Assembly (NCBI RefSeq): GCF_964204645.1
Contig: NC_134025.1
Span: 2,294,001-2,358,000 of the forward strand
Length of the DNA: 64,000 bases
Source of the DNA: Tubulanus polymorphus
Taxonomy: Eukaryota > Animalia > Nemertea
Reading direction: 5' to 3'
Part shown: piece by piece, positions 42,324 to 56,740 of the stretch
How the letters are laid out: every line of letters begins with the position of its first letter
How positions within the stretch are numbered: the first letter of the stretch is position 1
Program-made: the position numbers and the translations under genes
Notes under the pieces: model-generated
The model's database searches: none
Seen by the model: only the letters and a program-made list of their open reading frames with translations
What the model was told of the DNA's origin: nothing

Positions 42324-45300
42324 TACGAAGACGATGATATGTTAATATAAATTGTTTACTTCTTATGTTTTGTTCGAGGCTATTCACTAATGCTTCTTTC
42401 ATTCGAGTTACTTTAATCAATTACATGAAACGGATCTCTAATTTTATACTTCTAAAAGCTTCTCTATTGACACTCACTCGTGGATGAAATATTACAGATT
42501 TTTATCAGTATTATTGAACTACAATATTCAACACACGTTTATATATAACAGATCAATTAGATTCGCCCCGTAGTTATTTGTAAACAATCTATTTTATAAA
42601 TTATGCCGTTGCTTTTAAATGTCGCAATATATTTAGTTAAGACTGTCTTTCAAAAGTATTCACGCACTTCATTATTGAAAACAGTTTCAGCCCGAAGCAA
42701 CAGTTCTATTCGTATTTAATAATAAACTGTATAAACTACACATAAACTTCGATCGACACTTTGATTTCCACCATCAAACAAACAGAATCTACTGGATCCA
42801 TACCGCGGCCACAGCACAGGTCAACAATCATTCACAAACCACACGTTCAATTCTATTCGAACATCGATTTTTTGCGGATTGGAATTCTGGATTTTTCTAG
42901 CCATTTAAATCATTGATATTTTATTTATAAATAAAACTTTTCGAACGACGGGAAAATTGAATTGTATTGGATATCAATCGAGATGCACAGTTGGTGGCGA
43001 GGAATTGTTAAATCACAACCAATTTTATAACGTCATTACTCAATATTGCAATCGGGTACGATTTTCGGATGCGAATTGGGTGCGGATATAGATCCGAATA
43101 TCGATGACGTTTGGCGATGGTCTCCGACATTTCAACAATGTAATTCGAGTCCAAATGATTTCATCAATCGCTGCGCGCTGGTAATGACGTACAATGAAAT
43201 GGTAAGTATTGTTTATCAGAGAGTCAAATTTGCAAAGTCATCTTCTAATTTTAACTCGAATGATACAATTCGATGTATAAATATAGAATAATATTTTCAT
43301 CGGTGCAAATTGTGAACCAAAACAGATCGAATAGGAATATCGATTCTGAGAAGACTCTTACAATGAATCTAACTTTAAAAGCGCCCTAAAATCACCCTTA
43401 GGAGATCTTTGAATGTCAAAGGTATTAGATGTTATTGTCACCTGTGATTCGCTTTAACCCGGTATAAGTACCGCTACAAAAATACTTGAATGCGTCCTTT
43501 CTCTGAATATACAACGCCATCTGTCGGCGAGGCGAAATATTACCATCTCTGCATTTTTCTCGTTGTGCGAAACGTTATTTTTAAAAAAATAGCAGGGAAT
43601 CATTGCATAAAGCAATTACATCAATTAAACGTGCTGGGATAGAGTGCAGTATTCCGAACGGGACTTGTATTTATATGAGGGTTTATTCAACGAACTCGTG
43701 ACCACGACAGCAGTATACGTTCATTATAGCTAATGAATATGAGATTAAAGAGCGTGGCAGGCGGTCATAAAGACGACACACGAGTGATGTTTACATCAGC
43801 GCTGGTAGTCCACATCAGCACCTGCAAACCTCTGCGACACAGCTAACAATCTATACCCGCATGCCCACAGTAGCACTGATTACTAACAGCTATAATAATC
43901 TCATCATTTTTCGACGTTTAAAAACACATTTTCATAGAATTTTTTACTAAAAACCCGCGTCGAGTGATTCTTTTTTTTAATAGTTTTAATGAATATACCA
44001 TCAATTATATACACCGGGTTACCTCCTTTCAACGGCTGATGTACGTAGATATATACCAGCCGTGCGAGGAATTATACTGGATCATCCGGTACGAAACAAT
44101 TTGTATATTAATAAGCGTTGAAGCGAAAGTTCTTTTAAGATAATTATCACAAAAACAAAAAAAAAGTTATAATAGCTGAACCATTTTCCTGCGTGCACGA
44201 ATATGCACGTAAACTAACTGACAAGAGGAACATAGAGTTGAAAAAATCTGAAACTTCAGTATCGCATTTCTGAACTCTTTATGAAAGCAGCTGCGGAAAT
44301 CACTCGCAAACGTATTTTGTAAATATCCGCGATGTTTGCAAATAATGAAGTTTTTTGTTTGTCAGAGCGAAGAAACAAACTGGCGGCTTATGTTGTTGCC
44401 TTCATGCGAGCAAAGTTGATGTACATATACAAACAGGTAACAAATATATACATTGTTGTGACAGCTAGTCTTCGTCTTCACACGAAAATAGCAGCCGCCT
44501 GGAAATATTTACGTCTATTCAGACGAGCAACTGTCTTCAGTAGAATCAGACTTCAGGTAAATTGTTTCTAAACGCCAACAAACGCTTGTAAACATCGCAA
44601 TAATTAGTAATTAACAACTACAAGTTGTTTTGAATATCTTTACATCATCGTTTGTGGCTTTAAAGGTTGTTTATGTAATTTAGTTAGTATTTACGCTACT
44701 TAACATTACACAGCCAATCTAAAGGTTTCTTTTTGTGTATGATTATTTTATTGAGGCGAAAACAAAACACTTAGAACGATAGAACTGCTATCCGTATTTT
44801 TGAATATAAGCATGTATCAATCTATTTCTGCGCAATCATGGATTGGTATTCTGAAATCCCGTGTTTTTTTTTCCTATCAGTATTTAGTTAGAGATTGATT
44901 GTTTGACATGTTTGGATGTGTGTTTGAACTCCGGGGTCTCTATCTATATCCAACAAAATGATCCATGAACAACACATGCTTTTCTATCATCCTCGATTCT
45001 TGCATACGCGCGCGAGAATATAGCGTGCAAAATACAACTCTAACCGATTCTTTAGAGAAATGCAAGAAGCCCTCGCGTGCCAGGGTTCGTATTTTTGGTT
45101 TTCAACCTGGGCGGGCATCTTGCGAAATGTTAGAATAATATTGACGTCAATGATTTCCACAAACAAACTTCAATCTTCGAATATCTCTTGTTATCTTTAG
45201 CTTCGTCGCGAAATGAAATAATCCCATTTACTCCGAACCGAAAAACAAAAATTGTACAATAACATCAATATTTAAGCGCCCGCTCACAATTACCAATTTT

Positions 45301-48300
45301 CTATCGAAACGCTGCGAAAACAAATATTTGACTGACGAAGATAAACGATAGAAAATTAATGCAAATATTTTCTGTATCGCGAAATTTGAGAAGTAATTGT
45401 CAACGACTAATGGAAACAATCATTTTTGTTTCGATGTGACCTTCCATAATGTTCGCTTGTTGACGCTTTACGCGAGAAAGTTATAGAATTTCGCAATTGT
45501 AACCCGGGTTGTTTAAATTTGCGATTAGATTTAGTTGGATGTAAACACCGTTTGACTATAAGACGAGTAAATCAAATATTATTGTGCCACCTAACCACTG
45601 TGTCGACGTGAATACACTGGATTATGGGTTCTGTTTGTTTGACAAACATTAGAAATGTTTTGTCCACGTTTCGGTTAAAGTTTCGACGTCTGCATTGTCG
45701 ATTCAACCGGAACTGGTCAATGGCCGCTCCCAACGCGATGTCGATTCAAGTCAATTTCTCTTCGCAATTTCAACGTTTTTTGTTCTGATGGAAACATATT
45801 TTTCTACCTGTTTACAAATTACAAGTGTTTAAGAATGGGAATCTTGCACCGTATTTAACTCGGTGCTTTGCGACACTCGAGTGAACTATCTAAGAATACC
45901 GACCGATCACTCGTCGAGTTAAGGACCGATTTCCCGCTGAGATGAGCGTGAAATTTAGATTTTCTTACACAAACTTTTTGATACCTTCTGCCGCGCGACA
46001 ATTGTCCAATGATTAGTGTAATCACTTGCGATGTCGTTAACTTACACAATAGATAAAACAAATTGATGAAAATGCACCCTCGATCGGGGAAAGTCGTTGC
46101 TATGCCCTTAGATCTATTTCGAAAATAATTTTCTTGAAATCATCAGTTTTAAATTGTGTGGGTGTCTTAAGTTAGATATCGTGCATAGAGAAGTGAAAGA
46201 AGTATCAAATTCTTTATCATTGAAATAGATTTGTTAGTGATCGTAACAAATTCTGTCGTACTTTATTGTATTTCGATGAATTATGTTTGAATCCGTTCTA
46301 TGTTTGAGTAATTTGTATTTATTCGCTTTAGATCAATTAGAAATTCCATACAGAGAATTATTGAATTAGAAACCGTTGACAACATTGCTAATTATTTTAC
46401 GAGACGATGAACAAACACAGTTCAGTCTAACACCTTCATCCGGGTAAAACTAACAATTATTTCAAAATGTGATTTTATCGTAGACATGAGATTGAAGGGC
46501 AGGGGGTGATTTTACCCTTGGGCCCTCAGTCATCGCGATCCTAGGCCGGTTATCTGGTTTCCGCGATACATTCGGCTGTAATCAGGCGTACGAGTTTGGC
46601 GATAAAGTGTCTTACAAGCAGCAGACAAGAGGTTACTTCCTCCTAGGAGCGGACAATCTGTACCGGACAGGTGGGCTGTTTTCATTTTGTGTGAAGTTGT
46701 GAAAAATATGCTTATGATGGAGACTTCACGACTGAAGTACTTAACCGGTTGCCATCCGATCATCTTCGTTTCATCAATTAACGGTACCATCCTGAACAGG
46801 GAGGGAACCATCCTGAACAAGGGGGATACTCTCTTGAACGATAGCCTCTTGAGACCTGTTGGATTTGGAGCTCGTATACTTTCAAATCAGTAAACTTTAA
46901 CCCAATACACTTGAAATTGAATGAAACAATCGAATCGAGACCAGAACAAAAACACGCTTCAAAGAAGATGTTTTTAGTTTTGCAAACGGACAAGTTTTAG
47001 GTGGTTGATTCGCGGAAACGTCTACAGAAGACATTCTTTTTTCTGCAGAAGTAAAAAAAGAACCTCATTAAGCATCAGTATATACGTAAGGTACTTAGTA
47101 GCGACATCTCATGTCGTTTTATGGGTACATGCATTGTCAGCATGTCATGTTTGTGGGTTTTACAATAAAAACAGGTAATTTTCCGGGGGCAACGCCAACA
47201 AACTCCGTACGTTCCATAAGTTGACTGGTTTATAAATTGAATTTCGCTCGGATAACTTCCCTTGACGCGATATGACAGCGGCTACAATAGCATTGCGGTC
47301 GTGTTTTAGAGGCAACCCTCAGGCAGATGGGCCTGTCAAATATCCTGCCTTTCAATACCCTTCACAATACCCCTTAGAATATCTCTGATGAAAATCTATT
47401 CATTTCCCAGCAGGGTCATAACGTTTTTGCGCGACTATTTTTCAACATTTGATCACTCCATTTATGGCCGTCCAATCAAAATATTTTGCAAGCATTAGTT
47501 AGCTGTTTATACATAAGCAAAGTGGCTTATAAAGTGTTAAAGATGACGTCGGTTGAATAGCCTGAGAACAATCAACGACTTATAATTCAAATCAACTCAT
47601 TTTACCGTGTATTCTTCTTGCCAGAAATTGTATATTAGAATAAGATAATGTAAGTATTTGTTGTCAGTCCTGAAGCGTATATATGGAAGTCATTTCGTGG
47701 CATTAATCCGAAGTCTGCCAGTCATTTCCTTGTCAATGATCGCATTAAATCGCTTTTAACCGGACGATATAATTAATATGTCACTTTTCTGAAAAGGTTT
47801 CGATGACATCTACATGTAAATATGAGCTTTCCGTTTTTAAATCATTTTACTTCGTTCAAATGATTATAAAGGTTTGTTCATTCATCCGCTACATTTCACC
47901 AGACATTTAAAAATCCCATCATCAAATTGCGAACGATTCTTCAGATGAAATATGAACATTACTCGTGAATTCCTGATCTTTGAGGAAATAGCATTTCATC
48001 ATCGCAAGCTGTTCACGTGTAAACTGTTGCAAATCTTTCTTGTAGCTGTATAATATGCATGTACATATGTACTTGTATATAACAAACATAATTCTGTTCG
48101 ATAAACTCCTCAACTGCCAACCATGATTACATTTACTAATATTTAGACTGATTCAGTCATAAACAAACTAGATGCAACTTAAAACGCCTCTTGTTGGTCA
48201 ATACAACATCCACGTACCCCATTTGTATTTGACTATGGAAAACTAGATGTGGGTGTCGAATGATCTGGCTCGATTTGCACCAAAGGTCGGTATCTTTTTG

Positions 48301-51300
48301 TTGGTTTCCCATGGAAAAAACATGTAATTGCAAATGGAGACTACGTGCGATTACCAAAAAATCAGCGTGTCCTAGATTGGACGTCACGGTTATTCGTGTA
48401 GCCTGGTCGGGGGTATTTCCATTGACAAAAAGGTGTCTGTTGTCATGTTTATATCGTTCGGATTCTTTACAATATTTACCGACTGTTCAATGTTTGTTAT
48501 ATTTTATATTCTGAATTCTAAACAATCGAATATATTCTTCTTCGTTCTGGCATTCACACGTACACTTGTGGATAGACTCCGCGAGATTATCTTTCATGAA
48601 AAACAGAAAACATATAAAAAAAATGCTCTCAGAAACATAGTTTGAATGCTGATCTATTTGATATGTGACAATGAAAAAACTGTTGGGAGTCTCGGCATGT
48701 TACATACTCGCTAGAAAACCGTATTTGTGTAAAAACACTAGGTTTGCCTTTCATTAGTTTCTTTTATGAAAACAAGCATTGTTTGACAACACCTGTCACC
48801 GAGATGGCGAACATTCACAACGTTATTCAATTCAATCTAGAAAAACAACCACATGATTTTTGTCTGCGACTTTTTTTCCATTCAGTCACAAACTATAGGT
48901 CGCCTGTAATGATTATTTAATGCGCAAATTGGGTCCATTTGCTGGTTTATTCTTATCTTATCTATTTTCGGAATTTGACGTTAAAGGTCACAGGGACTAA
49001 CGCGTATATTTCTGCGTTAAAATTAATCTTCGCTTATATATTATCATATTTGATACGAACAAATACGACAACAATTTATGTGTAAATACTGCGAGGCTTT
49101 CTTTTATAGAATTACTTTCAGATTTTCTTTGTTGTCAGATAAATATCTGGTGTTTTAATGGCGGCTTTTCGGGCTTTTATCAATCCTGACTTAATACGCA
49201 GTGTCGCCTTTCTTCAAATCTTTTCAAAAATATTTGTGTCTTTTCTTATTCATTTCATCGATTCTCTCGCTACACGGCACCGATATTATGCGCTCCTTAG
49301 AGTTCTTTTTTCGTTTGACAGCTATAGAGTCAATAAACAACAGATCTTGTTATGAAGGTATTCGGCTCTCCCCGGGTCGTTCCTATAGACCAGACGAACC
49401 AAAAGAAATCGTTGATAATTAGGTGGGAGGGGTTAAGCCGGAATTGTTGATAGAAATATTTTGCCGTGAGCGCCATAATCTTGCAAACAAGCAGAAAAGC
49501 CTAAACAATGTGTGATCTTTTCATTGAATTGGACGCCATATAAGGTTCACCAAAATGCCACACAGGTAACCACCAGCCCGTGAAATTGTCCATAATTTTA
49601 TTTTTCACTTCTACCGTCAATATTATTTCCAGCTCAGATCCAATTTATTGATATCTAGCAATGGGTTTTGTCTGTTCTTTACGCATTTCTGCGGATACCC
49701 GGAGGTGGTTCGAATACTGTATTAGCTAAAAATGACAGCTGGTTTAAAATGTATTAGTTCTACCCCTGATGAGATTCTTCAATGCTTTTCAAACGTTATT
49801 CATGTTTTATCAATCGCCGCCTATTTGACGAAAGAATAACTACATTACGGTTGAACACGAGCTCGTGCTGATAGCGAATAAAGAAATGTTTCAAAATACA
49901 ATTAACATCACGGGATAGTGAAAAAACTTGGTCCAACGTTTTTACTGGTCCTAGTTTATTGGCTGACGTATTTAGAAGTGAATAAGACGTCTTTAGAAAA
50001 TGGTGATAGAAATATTCACCGGTCCATATTTTTATCTGGTATTCCGATCACAATAGTTAGATGGCCAGTGTAAAAGGAGCAGGCAGTTAACGCCACGAGC
50101 GTATTTGCCAAAATAACATTAATATCAGCTACGATCTATAAGCGGTTGTTTGTAATTTCACGGAACCCCGTGAATGACTATGGATTATATTCATTCAAAC
50201 TTCAGGCTAAGCCCCGAAGGGTCATATTTGATCCTGGCCTATACAAAACCCATCTGCAGTTATTCTCATGCGCTCTTTTGGTGGAATTTTGTCCGAATTT
50301 TATGCGGACGAATCGTGATTATGTCTTATCTTTGAGAATTATCAAGATGCTAGTCACACGCCGCGACCGGGGTCGACAGCGGGGCCCACACCCGCACGTT
50401 CGAGCCTTTGCGTCATTCTGACGTAACCGAACACGACCAGATCGAGTCTCGTTTTACGCTACGTTGACGCTCTCTTAATCGAGTAAGTTATGACGTTACT
50501 TCCATAACTCTTTCCATAGAAATTGAAGCGAATATTCTGAATTGGAACACATGTTAGATGACTGTTTCGTTACTAGGCCCATGTCTGCATCGACGTTACT
50601 CGCTCATCGACTCGGCAGGATACCTTTCAATATCGTATTAACTCGGTCAGGTAAAACTCTGTTATAAGAGCGATCCCACGAGGACGATCCCGCCCTAACA
50701 CAACGGCTAATTGCCTGAGCATGCGAGCTCTCAGTTGACGACTAATTGGCAAGTTAAATCCCGGTAGCCGGTAATGATTAGAAAAGAAAAGGTTTACATT
50801 GATCGATCATCAAATGAATCCCTTGTGATATTACGCTATAACAAAGCAATGATCCGTCGACTCGGAGAAAGTGGTTGCGGTGCAAATTTACCTCTGATCA
50901 ATTATATAGTTTTCGTAAAGCCGACGATGGGAAGCGGGAGGTGACAATTTCACAAAGGGAGCTATTGAATTCGTTTGTTTCTTCGACAAACTTTCAAAAT
51001 GAAGGACCCGCGTCTTTTTATTGTAAAACGATACGCGAGGTGACCAAGTAAAACAAATTGACACTCGACATTGCACGGATCTTTGTCTAAGCCGATAATA
51101 TTAGTAATTCCTGCGCAACAACCGATGAGTTTCTATTGATCTATTGAGTAATACTCGATTAGCCGAGACGTCATTCATCCTTTAATTTAACCCCCGAAAA
51201 AAACCATCTCGAATCTTGTTTCCTTGGTAAGCATGTGACTCATTTACATATATAAAGTGACTTTTCTCTGATTTTCTCGAGCGATTAGAGACACGCCGCC

Positions 51301-51697
51301 AGTAGACCCCGCGGATATTTCCCACGGCGGAAACTATCAGCCGGATCGCCAGCGGGATCAATCTGAGAGTCTTCAAGTTTGACATTTCCGAAATATTTCA
51401 AAGAGCCGCCTGCTATTTTGTGAATGTTTTCACGTTAAATTCCAGTTCTTTTCGGACTCTTTTACCTGCCGTAAGAACAAAAAGTTGGGTTAGAATTTTG
51501 GGGCTACGCCGTCGGGCATCTGCTGGTTTAATGACTGTATCGGGTTTTCTCAATTAAAATGAATTACTTTGAACGTGATTTTGCTATATTTGGCTGTAAA
51601 TATAACATCTTGCATAGCGGGGGAACGTATTGACACGTGTTACAGTCATCTTTATTTGCTGACAATTATTTTTTTCTAAGTTCAGATTTCAGGCACG

Positions 51698-51950
51698 CAG
51701 AAAATCCCGAAAAAAAATCAATATAGAACTGACGATATTTTGCTTTAAATGTGAATTTATTCTTCTGCAACGTTTCGGCTGCAATCTAATAGCCATCATC
51801 AGACATACTGAAAAAGGCCTTTTAATCCATCTGTCCTTTAACCTGTGATAGCTATTGCGTAGATAAAAGTCACAACGTTGCAGACAAATACTTTCACTTC
51901 TAACAGAAAATTTCGCCCTTTTTATTGGATTTATTGTGGGATTTTCACAA
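51698..51950. repeat. Degenerate inverted-repeat element, probably Penelope-like-element derived
   Basis: Arms GAAAATCCC..TCTGCAACGTT..ATAGCCATCATCAG / CTGTGATAGCTAT..AACGTTGCAGA..TGTGGGATTTTC; termini resemble 3127-3281 and 6183-6283. Confidence 0.6.
51765..51806 (-). ncRNA. Minimal type I hammerhead ribozyme-like motif
   Basis: The minus strand reads UGU-CUGAUGA-U-GGCU(10 nt loop)AGCC-GAAA-CGUU-GCA: both catalytic boxes, a 4-bp helix II, palindromic ACGU in place of helix III, and only about 3 bp of helix I. Confidence 0.5.
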
Positions 51951-54576
51951 CGTATTCGGCTTTCTCAGAAATTCTGTATTAGATTTTATCACTCAGATGT
52001 TTTAGAATAGGGGAAAGGAAAGAGAGATCGTCGTGATTCTTTCATTGCTGTAGTTTCCTGTACAGTAGTCCCGCAAGGTTTTGTTTGCGCCGGCAGCGAC
52101 TGACCATTCCGTAATGAACATCGACCACCGAGTCATCACGACATGCTTATCTAAATGACCAGCACTATAATCATTGTATTAAATCCCTAAGCATTGTTAC
52201 AGTATCCATTGTAGTTCCGTTATAACAACAGCGGGATACTTTTTACTAGACTGGCGTTACACACCTAAAATCGTTAAATTTGACCAGCGGCAATGATCCG
52301 ATTGCAGCGGTCATTCTCCACGCTCTTAGAAACGACTCTACGACCATCGCTGACCATTCAGTGGACACACGACGTCATATTGTTACAGCTATATTATTAT
52401 GTTTAGCTCTACACGACACGTCCCCCGAGGACTTTCTCGCGAATAATTCTTGCCTCCCGATTATCTTATGCTCAGCTGCTGTTTCGGGGCTTCCGATTGT
52501 CATCGACTGATGTTTGGTGGTTTAATTGAAGAGTCTAATTGCCTGCTTGGAAACATGTTTCTTAGTTTTCCTTCGACAAAGAATGATTCCTCATCAGACA
52601 ATTTCTCGCGCTCAATTTGGTAGCTGATAATCCGGGGTTAATGTTGGCCTGTCAGATGCATGCTCCGGGGGTTGTGCTCTATGGTCACTCTATCCATCAG
52701 GCGTACATCCTCGTCTAGACTCTACAGTCTGCAGACACACCGTGCGTATGGCTACCATGAAATCGGACACTTGTGAAAAACACTCGAAACACAATTAGAA
52801 ATCAAAGATATAAATGATTAAGAATTCATATTGATTTTCACAATGATTCCAAGATGGTCAAATCATCAAGTAGGTGTCGATGGGTCTTATGCATTTCTTT
52901 AAGAGTCTATTGTGAATCCCAGGGCGGCACTTCCTTATAGTTCGAATAACCAGAGGGTACCGAAACATCTTGGACAACGGGAATACTAAGTACGTAGTCA
53001 ATCGATGCCCCAAATGAATAGAAGCAATTATTCAATATTCGATTCGATTTCTGATTGTTGTGTATCAGGGATGATCAACGCCACAAACGTGTCCAAAACA
53101 TAATACAATGTATTGATAATCGGCATGATACCGATATATTTGAAAATATCCATTAATCTCGACAACCTGATCTCCGCATCTAATTTTTCAATTTGCCCGC
53201 GCTTATTTGTAGTTCAGCGGTTTGTTGGTAGATGGCTACACCTTACAGAGTATAAAAGAATCGGGCTACAATTCAATGAATAGAAGAATCAGCTCAGATG
53301 TAAACGTTCTAGTCCAGCGTTTCATATTCAATGCCTAGTAGCCACCGAGCTACGCGGAATCGTTAATTAGGATTTTGGGGCCAAAGCCGCCGCAACGAGT
53401 ACCGCGGATTGGCCCGGACCGTAATCGAGGGCCAAATGATGATCAACATCACTGAGGGGCGACCGATTCTCTGGCCGCCCAGGAAATAGTTCTTCAATAA
53501 TCTTTAACGCTTACATGATATTCAATCAATTATGCACCGAAAAGCCTGAGAAAAAACATTCGTGGATGATCTCCTGACAGCTGAGTTCGAATGATTTTGA
53601 TTGATAGTACGCTTGCCAGGAGCAGTTTTGCTCCCGATCTCTAACTCGCTTGACATCTGACAGCGAATGCAGGTGTCGCAGGATTGGACAGGCAACCAGT
53701 CTACCCTCCTCTGGCATGCGAGTAGTAAGTTAGTTCGCGTATTTACCGCCAACGTTCTATCAAGGGGCAGCACATGACGGCGTGACCTGACAATCGGATT
53801 TTTCCACTGGCATTCGAGAGTAATCATTCAACTAAGACAGTCACTTCAACACTATTTTCTTTTAAACTAATTAATCCATCCAGCTAATTTTCAAGAAGAA
53901 TCTGCTTTTAAAAGTGAGTTCTTCTTCAAAACGTTTCATTTCATTTTCTCTGGGTCAGCGAATCCGTAACTGGGAACCCACAGGCGCTCGATGCTAACGG
54001 ACATCGCTTCTAAGAGGGTCCAGTTGCGAGGTTAAAAGAAAAAATGTAATGAGTCTTGGGAAACTAAGATGTGAACAACGCAAAGCAATTGATAAACGCT
54101 AACAAAAAAAAACAGAAAGCAACGAATCATAGAATCCGTGATGAGTCTGGTTGAATTTGCCACGTCATTTCGCAAGTCAATATCAAACATCAGTTATTTG
54201 TGACACGCGGTATTGGCCACAGATGTTCATTACGATGTTAACGTCGTGATTTTGTATCCTGTAATGGTTGATCGAGTTATGATTTAATTCCCACTTGAAA
54301 CATAACCAGCTCCACCGCTGCTTGATTGTGTGCCAAATCGTAGACGAAGAAAGGAATCTATGACATACATTGCAGAATCTTTTTTTCGGTTTATTTTCCA
54401 ATTAGGATAATTTGCTAGTGAGTAAACGCGTAGCCTGCACACAGACAGATATCGACTTATTCTAAACCACATGTTCATTCGCCTGGGATAAAACGTGTCA
54501 CAGGTTGCATCGACGATAAAACTAAAAATAGTCGTTTACTCAACATCCAATATAGTGTCACAACTACAGCGGCAGA

Positions 54577-55284
54577 ATGTTGTCTTCGAGTGGGATAAAC
54601 TGGAAAAGCTACGGATTCGTATTTTCGGTGATTCTGGCTTTACTGGTGGAGAGCGGGGCGTTTTACGTCGGCGGTGGATTCACGTTCGAGTTGGAAGATC
54701 GAGAGAAAACTTGTTTATACCAGAGATTTGATGAAAACGGTGATAGATTTGCGGTCGATATGAGAGTCGTACGCGGCGGAAATAACGATATCGATGTAAC
54801 GATTAAAAACGGTAAAGGAACGGAAATATACAATAAACAAAAGTTGCATATAGACAAGTTTGAGTTCGAATCAACTGTGGGAACATTCGAATTCTGTTTC
54901 AGCAACGAGTTTTCTACGTTTACGCATAAGCAAATATTCTTTAATTTGTACCCGGATCAAGTAGATTCTCTGGTCGAGGCGGCTGGAGGTAAATTAGTGC
55001 CTCGAGCAGAAACTCAAGTAGAATCAGCGCTAGAAAATATTCACGAGCATATGACCAAAGTGGGGCTTCTACAAATGAGTACAAAAAGTAAAAACCGATT
55101 AGGTTACAATACAGCGAAAGATCTGAACACGACGGTCTCGTGGATGGCTGTAGTTTATGTTGTGGCGATCATCGTTACAGGACTGGGTCAAGTCCTAGCA
55201 TTGAAGAAACTATTCCCGACTAATCAAAGCGTTACTACGAAACCCGATGGTAAGGAGGTGACTTATGCTTATCAACCGGCGTAG
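54577..55284 (+). CDS. p24/TMED family cargo receptor (GOLD domain), TMED7/TMED3-like (p24 gamma), intronless, 235 aa
   Basis: Signal peptide, GOLD start FTFELEDREKTC, motif FCFSNEFSTFTHK, coiled coil TQVESALENIHE, AKDLNTTVSW, TM helix with GQV, cytosolic tail. These match TMED7/TMED3 signature motifs. Confidence 0.93.
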   Translation: MLSSSGINWKSYGFVFSVILALLVESGAFYVGGGFTFELEDREKTCLYQRFDENGDRFAVDMRVVRGGNNDIDVTIKNGKGTEIYNKQKLHIDKFEFESTVGTFEFCFSNEFSTFTHKQIFFNLYPDQVDSLVEAAGGKLVPRAETQVESALENIHEHMTKVGLLQMSTKSKNRLGYNTAKDLNTTVSWMAVVYVVAIIVTGLGQVLALKKLFPTNQSVTTKPDGKEVTYAYQPA

Positions 55285-56035
55285 GACTTTAAAAAAGTGG
55301 AAAACTGCTGACATGATTCGTCCAAAATATCGCGCTCAAAAACAGAGCTAATGAACACTTATAAACGTATAAATTGAACAATATTAATTCGTGTTTACAT
55401 TAATATATTACATTTCATGTGGATGTGTAACTGCTGTAAAAATGATATTTGTATCGAGGAATTAAATATATATACGATGTATTCTATTGGAATTGGTTGT
55501 TGGTTTTTTACAGGGGCTTCCTCATTAGTAAGGATTCGTCAAAGAAAGAATTTGAAAAAAAAAATGATTTGCTTTGTTCAGACTAAAAAATTATTTAATT
55601 CATTTCGAACATCCCAGAAAAAATTACAAAATCTTGAGGTTTTTTATACGGCTAATGAATAATATATGATAAAAGTGGTTCGATGTAAGAATATCAAAAA
55701 TACATAAAGATCACCTCTTTATGAGTTTTTGATAATGTAGATGATATAGCCTATATGTACATGTTCGATGTATATATATCGAAATGGAATTGACAAGAAC
55801 ATGTGACGGCCACAGAATTGAACAAGGATACATAGGAGCATTGATTTTCATTGAGAATTAATGCCATATGATCTTTGAAGCCATTCATTCAAACTGAGTA
55901 ACAGATGGTTTTCATAAATCCAATACTCTACGTTTCTTATTTCAACATTTGCTGATATTACACGATGTGTACCCATCATACTAATCAATAGATGAATATT
56001 CCCAAATTACACACGAAATTAAAACAAAATAGCAT

Positions 56036-56740
56036 TCATAGAACTGTGGAACCGGATGGATCTACATAAGACGACATGATAGAATGAGGTGGCATTTCCT
56101 CAAAAAATAAACGTAACACAACAACTTCAGTAAGAGCTATCAATACAATTGAAAATGCAACACCTAATGACCACCACTGAACACACATATTTAAATGTAT
56201 GGCATTTTCGTGTGATTCTGCCGCTTTAGATATGTAGTCAAACTGCGTTTCAGTCACTAAACTTAAATACTGATGGATCTTCTCCGTCGAGGTTTCAATT
56301 TGCGTCCGTGTTGCGTTACGGGGCAGTCGTTTACCCCCAACTTCGTCGATCAATGATTCGGGCACCGATGGAAACAGGTTGAAATAAATCTTTTTATGAG
56401 TCACCGTCGAAAATTCATTGCTGAAACAAATGCTGTATAATCTTTTCGACGAAATTTCAAATTTGATTCGGTCATGAGTTATTCTACGTTTATAGTATAT
56501 ATCCACGGGCTGCGCAGGAGAGGACGAGTCTGCGAGTCGAATATCTACGTCACGATTTCCTCCGGATTCTACGCGAAATTCCAACACGAAAACTTTAGAA
56601 TCCGTTACGTTTTCGAAAAAACATATTTTCTCGTTATCGGGTAACTCGAAAATAAAACGGCCACCATTTCCTTCGAAGCACATACACCAGTTGACATATA
56701 ATACAACTAATATCGCGCGCTGAATATATCCTACCGACAT
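56036..56740 (-). CDS. p24/TMED family cargo receptor (GOLD domain), TMED7/TMED3-like, intronless, 234 aa
   Basis: Signal peptide, FIFELPDNEKICFFE, GGNRDVD, ICFSNEFSTVTHKKIYF, TQIETSTEKIH, LNMCVQWWS, TM helix, tail with FF motif. Confidence 0.93.
   Translation of the reverse strand: MSVGYIQRAILVVLYVNWCMCFEGNGGRFIFELPDNEKICFFENVTDSKVFVLEFRVESGGNRDVDIRLADSSSPAQPVDIYYKRRITHDRIKFEISSKRLYSICFSNEFSTVTHKKIYFNLFPSVPESLIDEVGGKRLPRNATRTQIETSTEKIHQYLSLVTETQFDYISKAAESHENAIHLNMCVQWWSLGVAFSIVLIALTEVVVLRLFFEEMPPHSIMSSYVDPSGSTVL

Noticed and set aside
43046-43210. Possible exon ending in a strong ATG|GTAAGT donor
   Set aside because: No recognisable protein similarity, acceptor or partner exon; a single donor motif is expected by chance.
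49765-49800. Second hammerhead-like motif CTGATGAG...TCAAACGTT
   Set aside because: The GAAA box is absent and helix II pairs poorly; at most a decayed relic.
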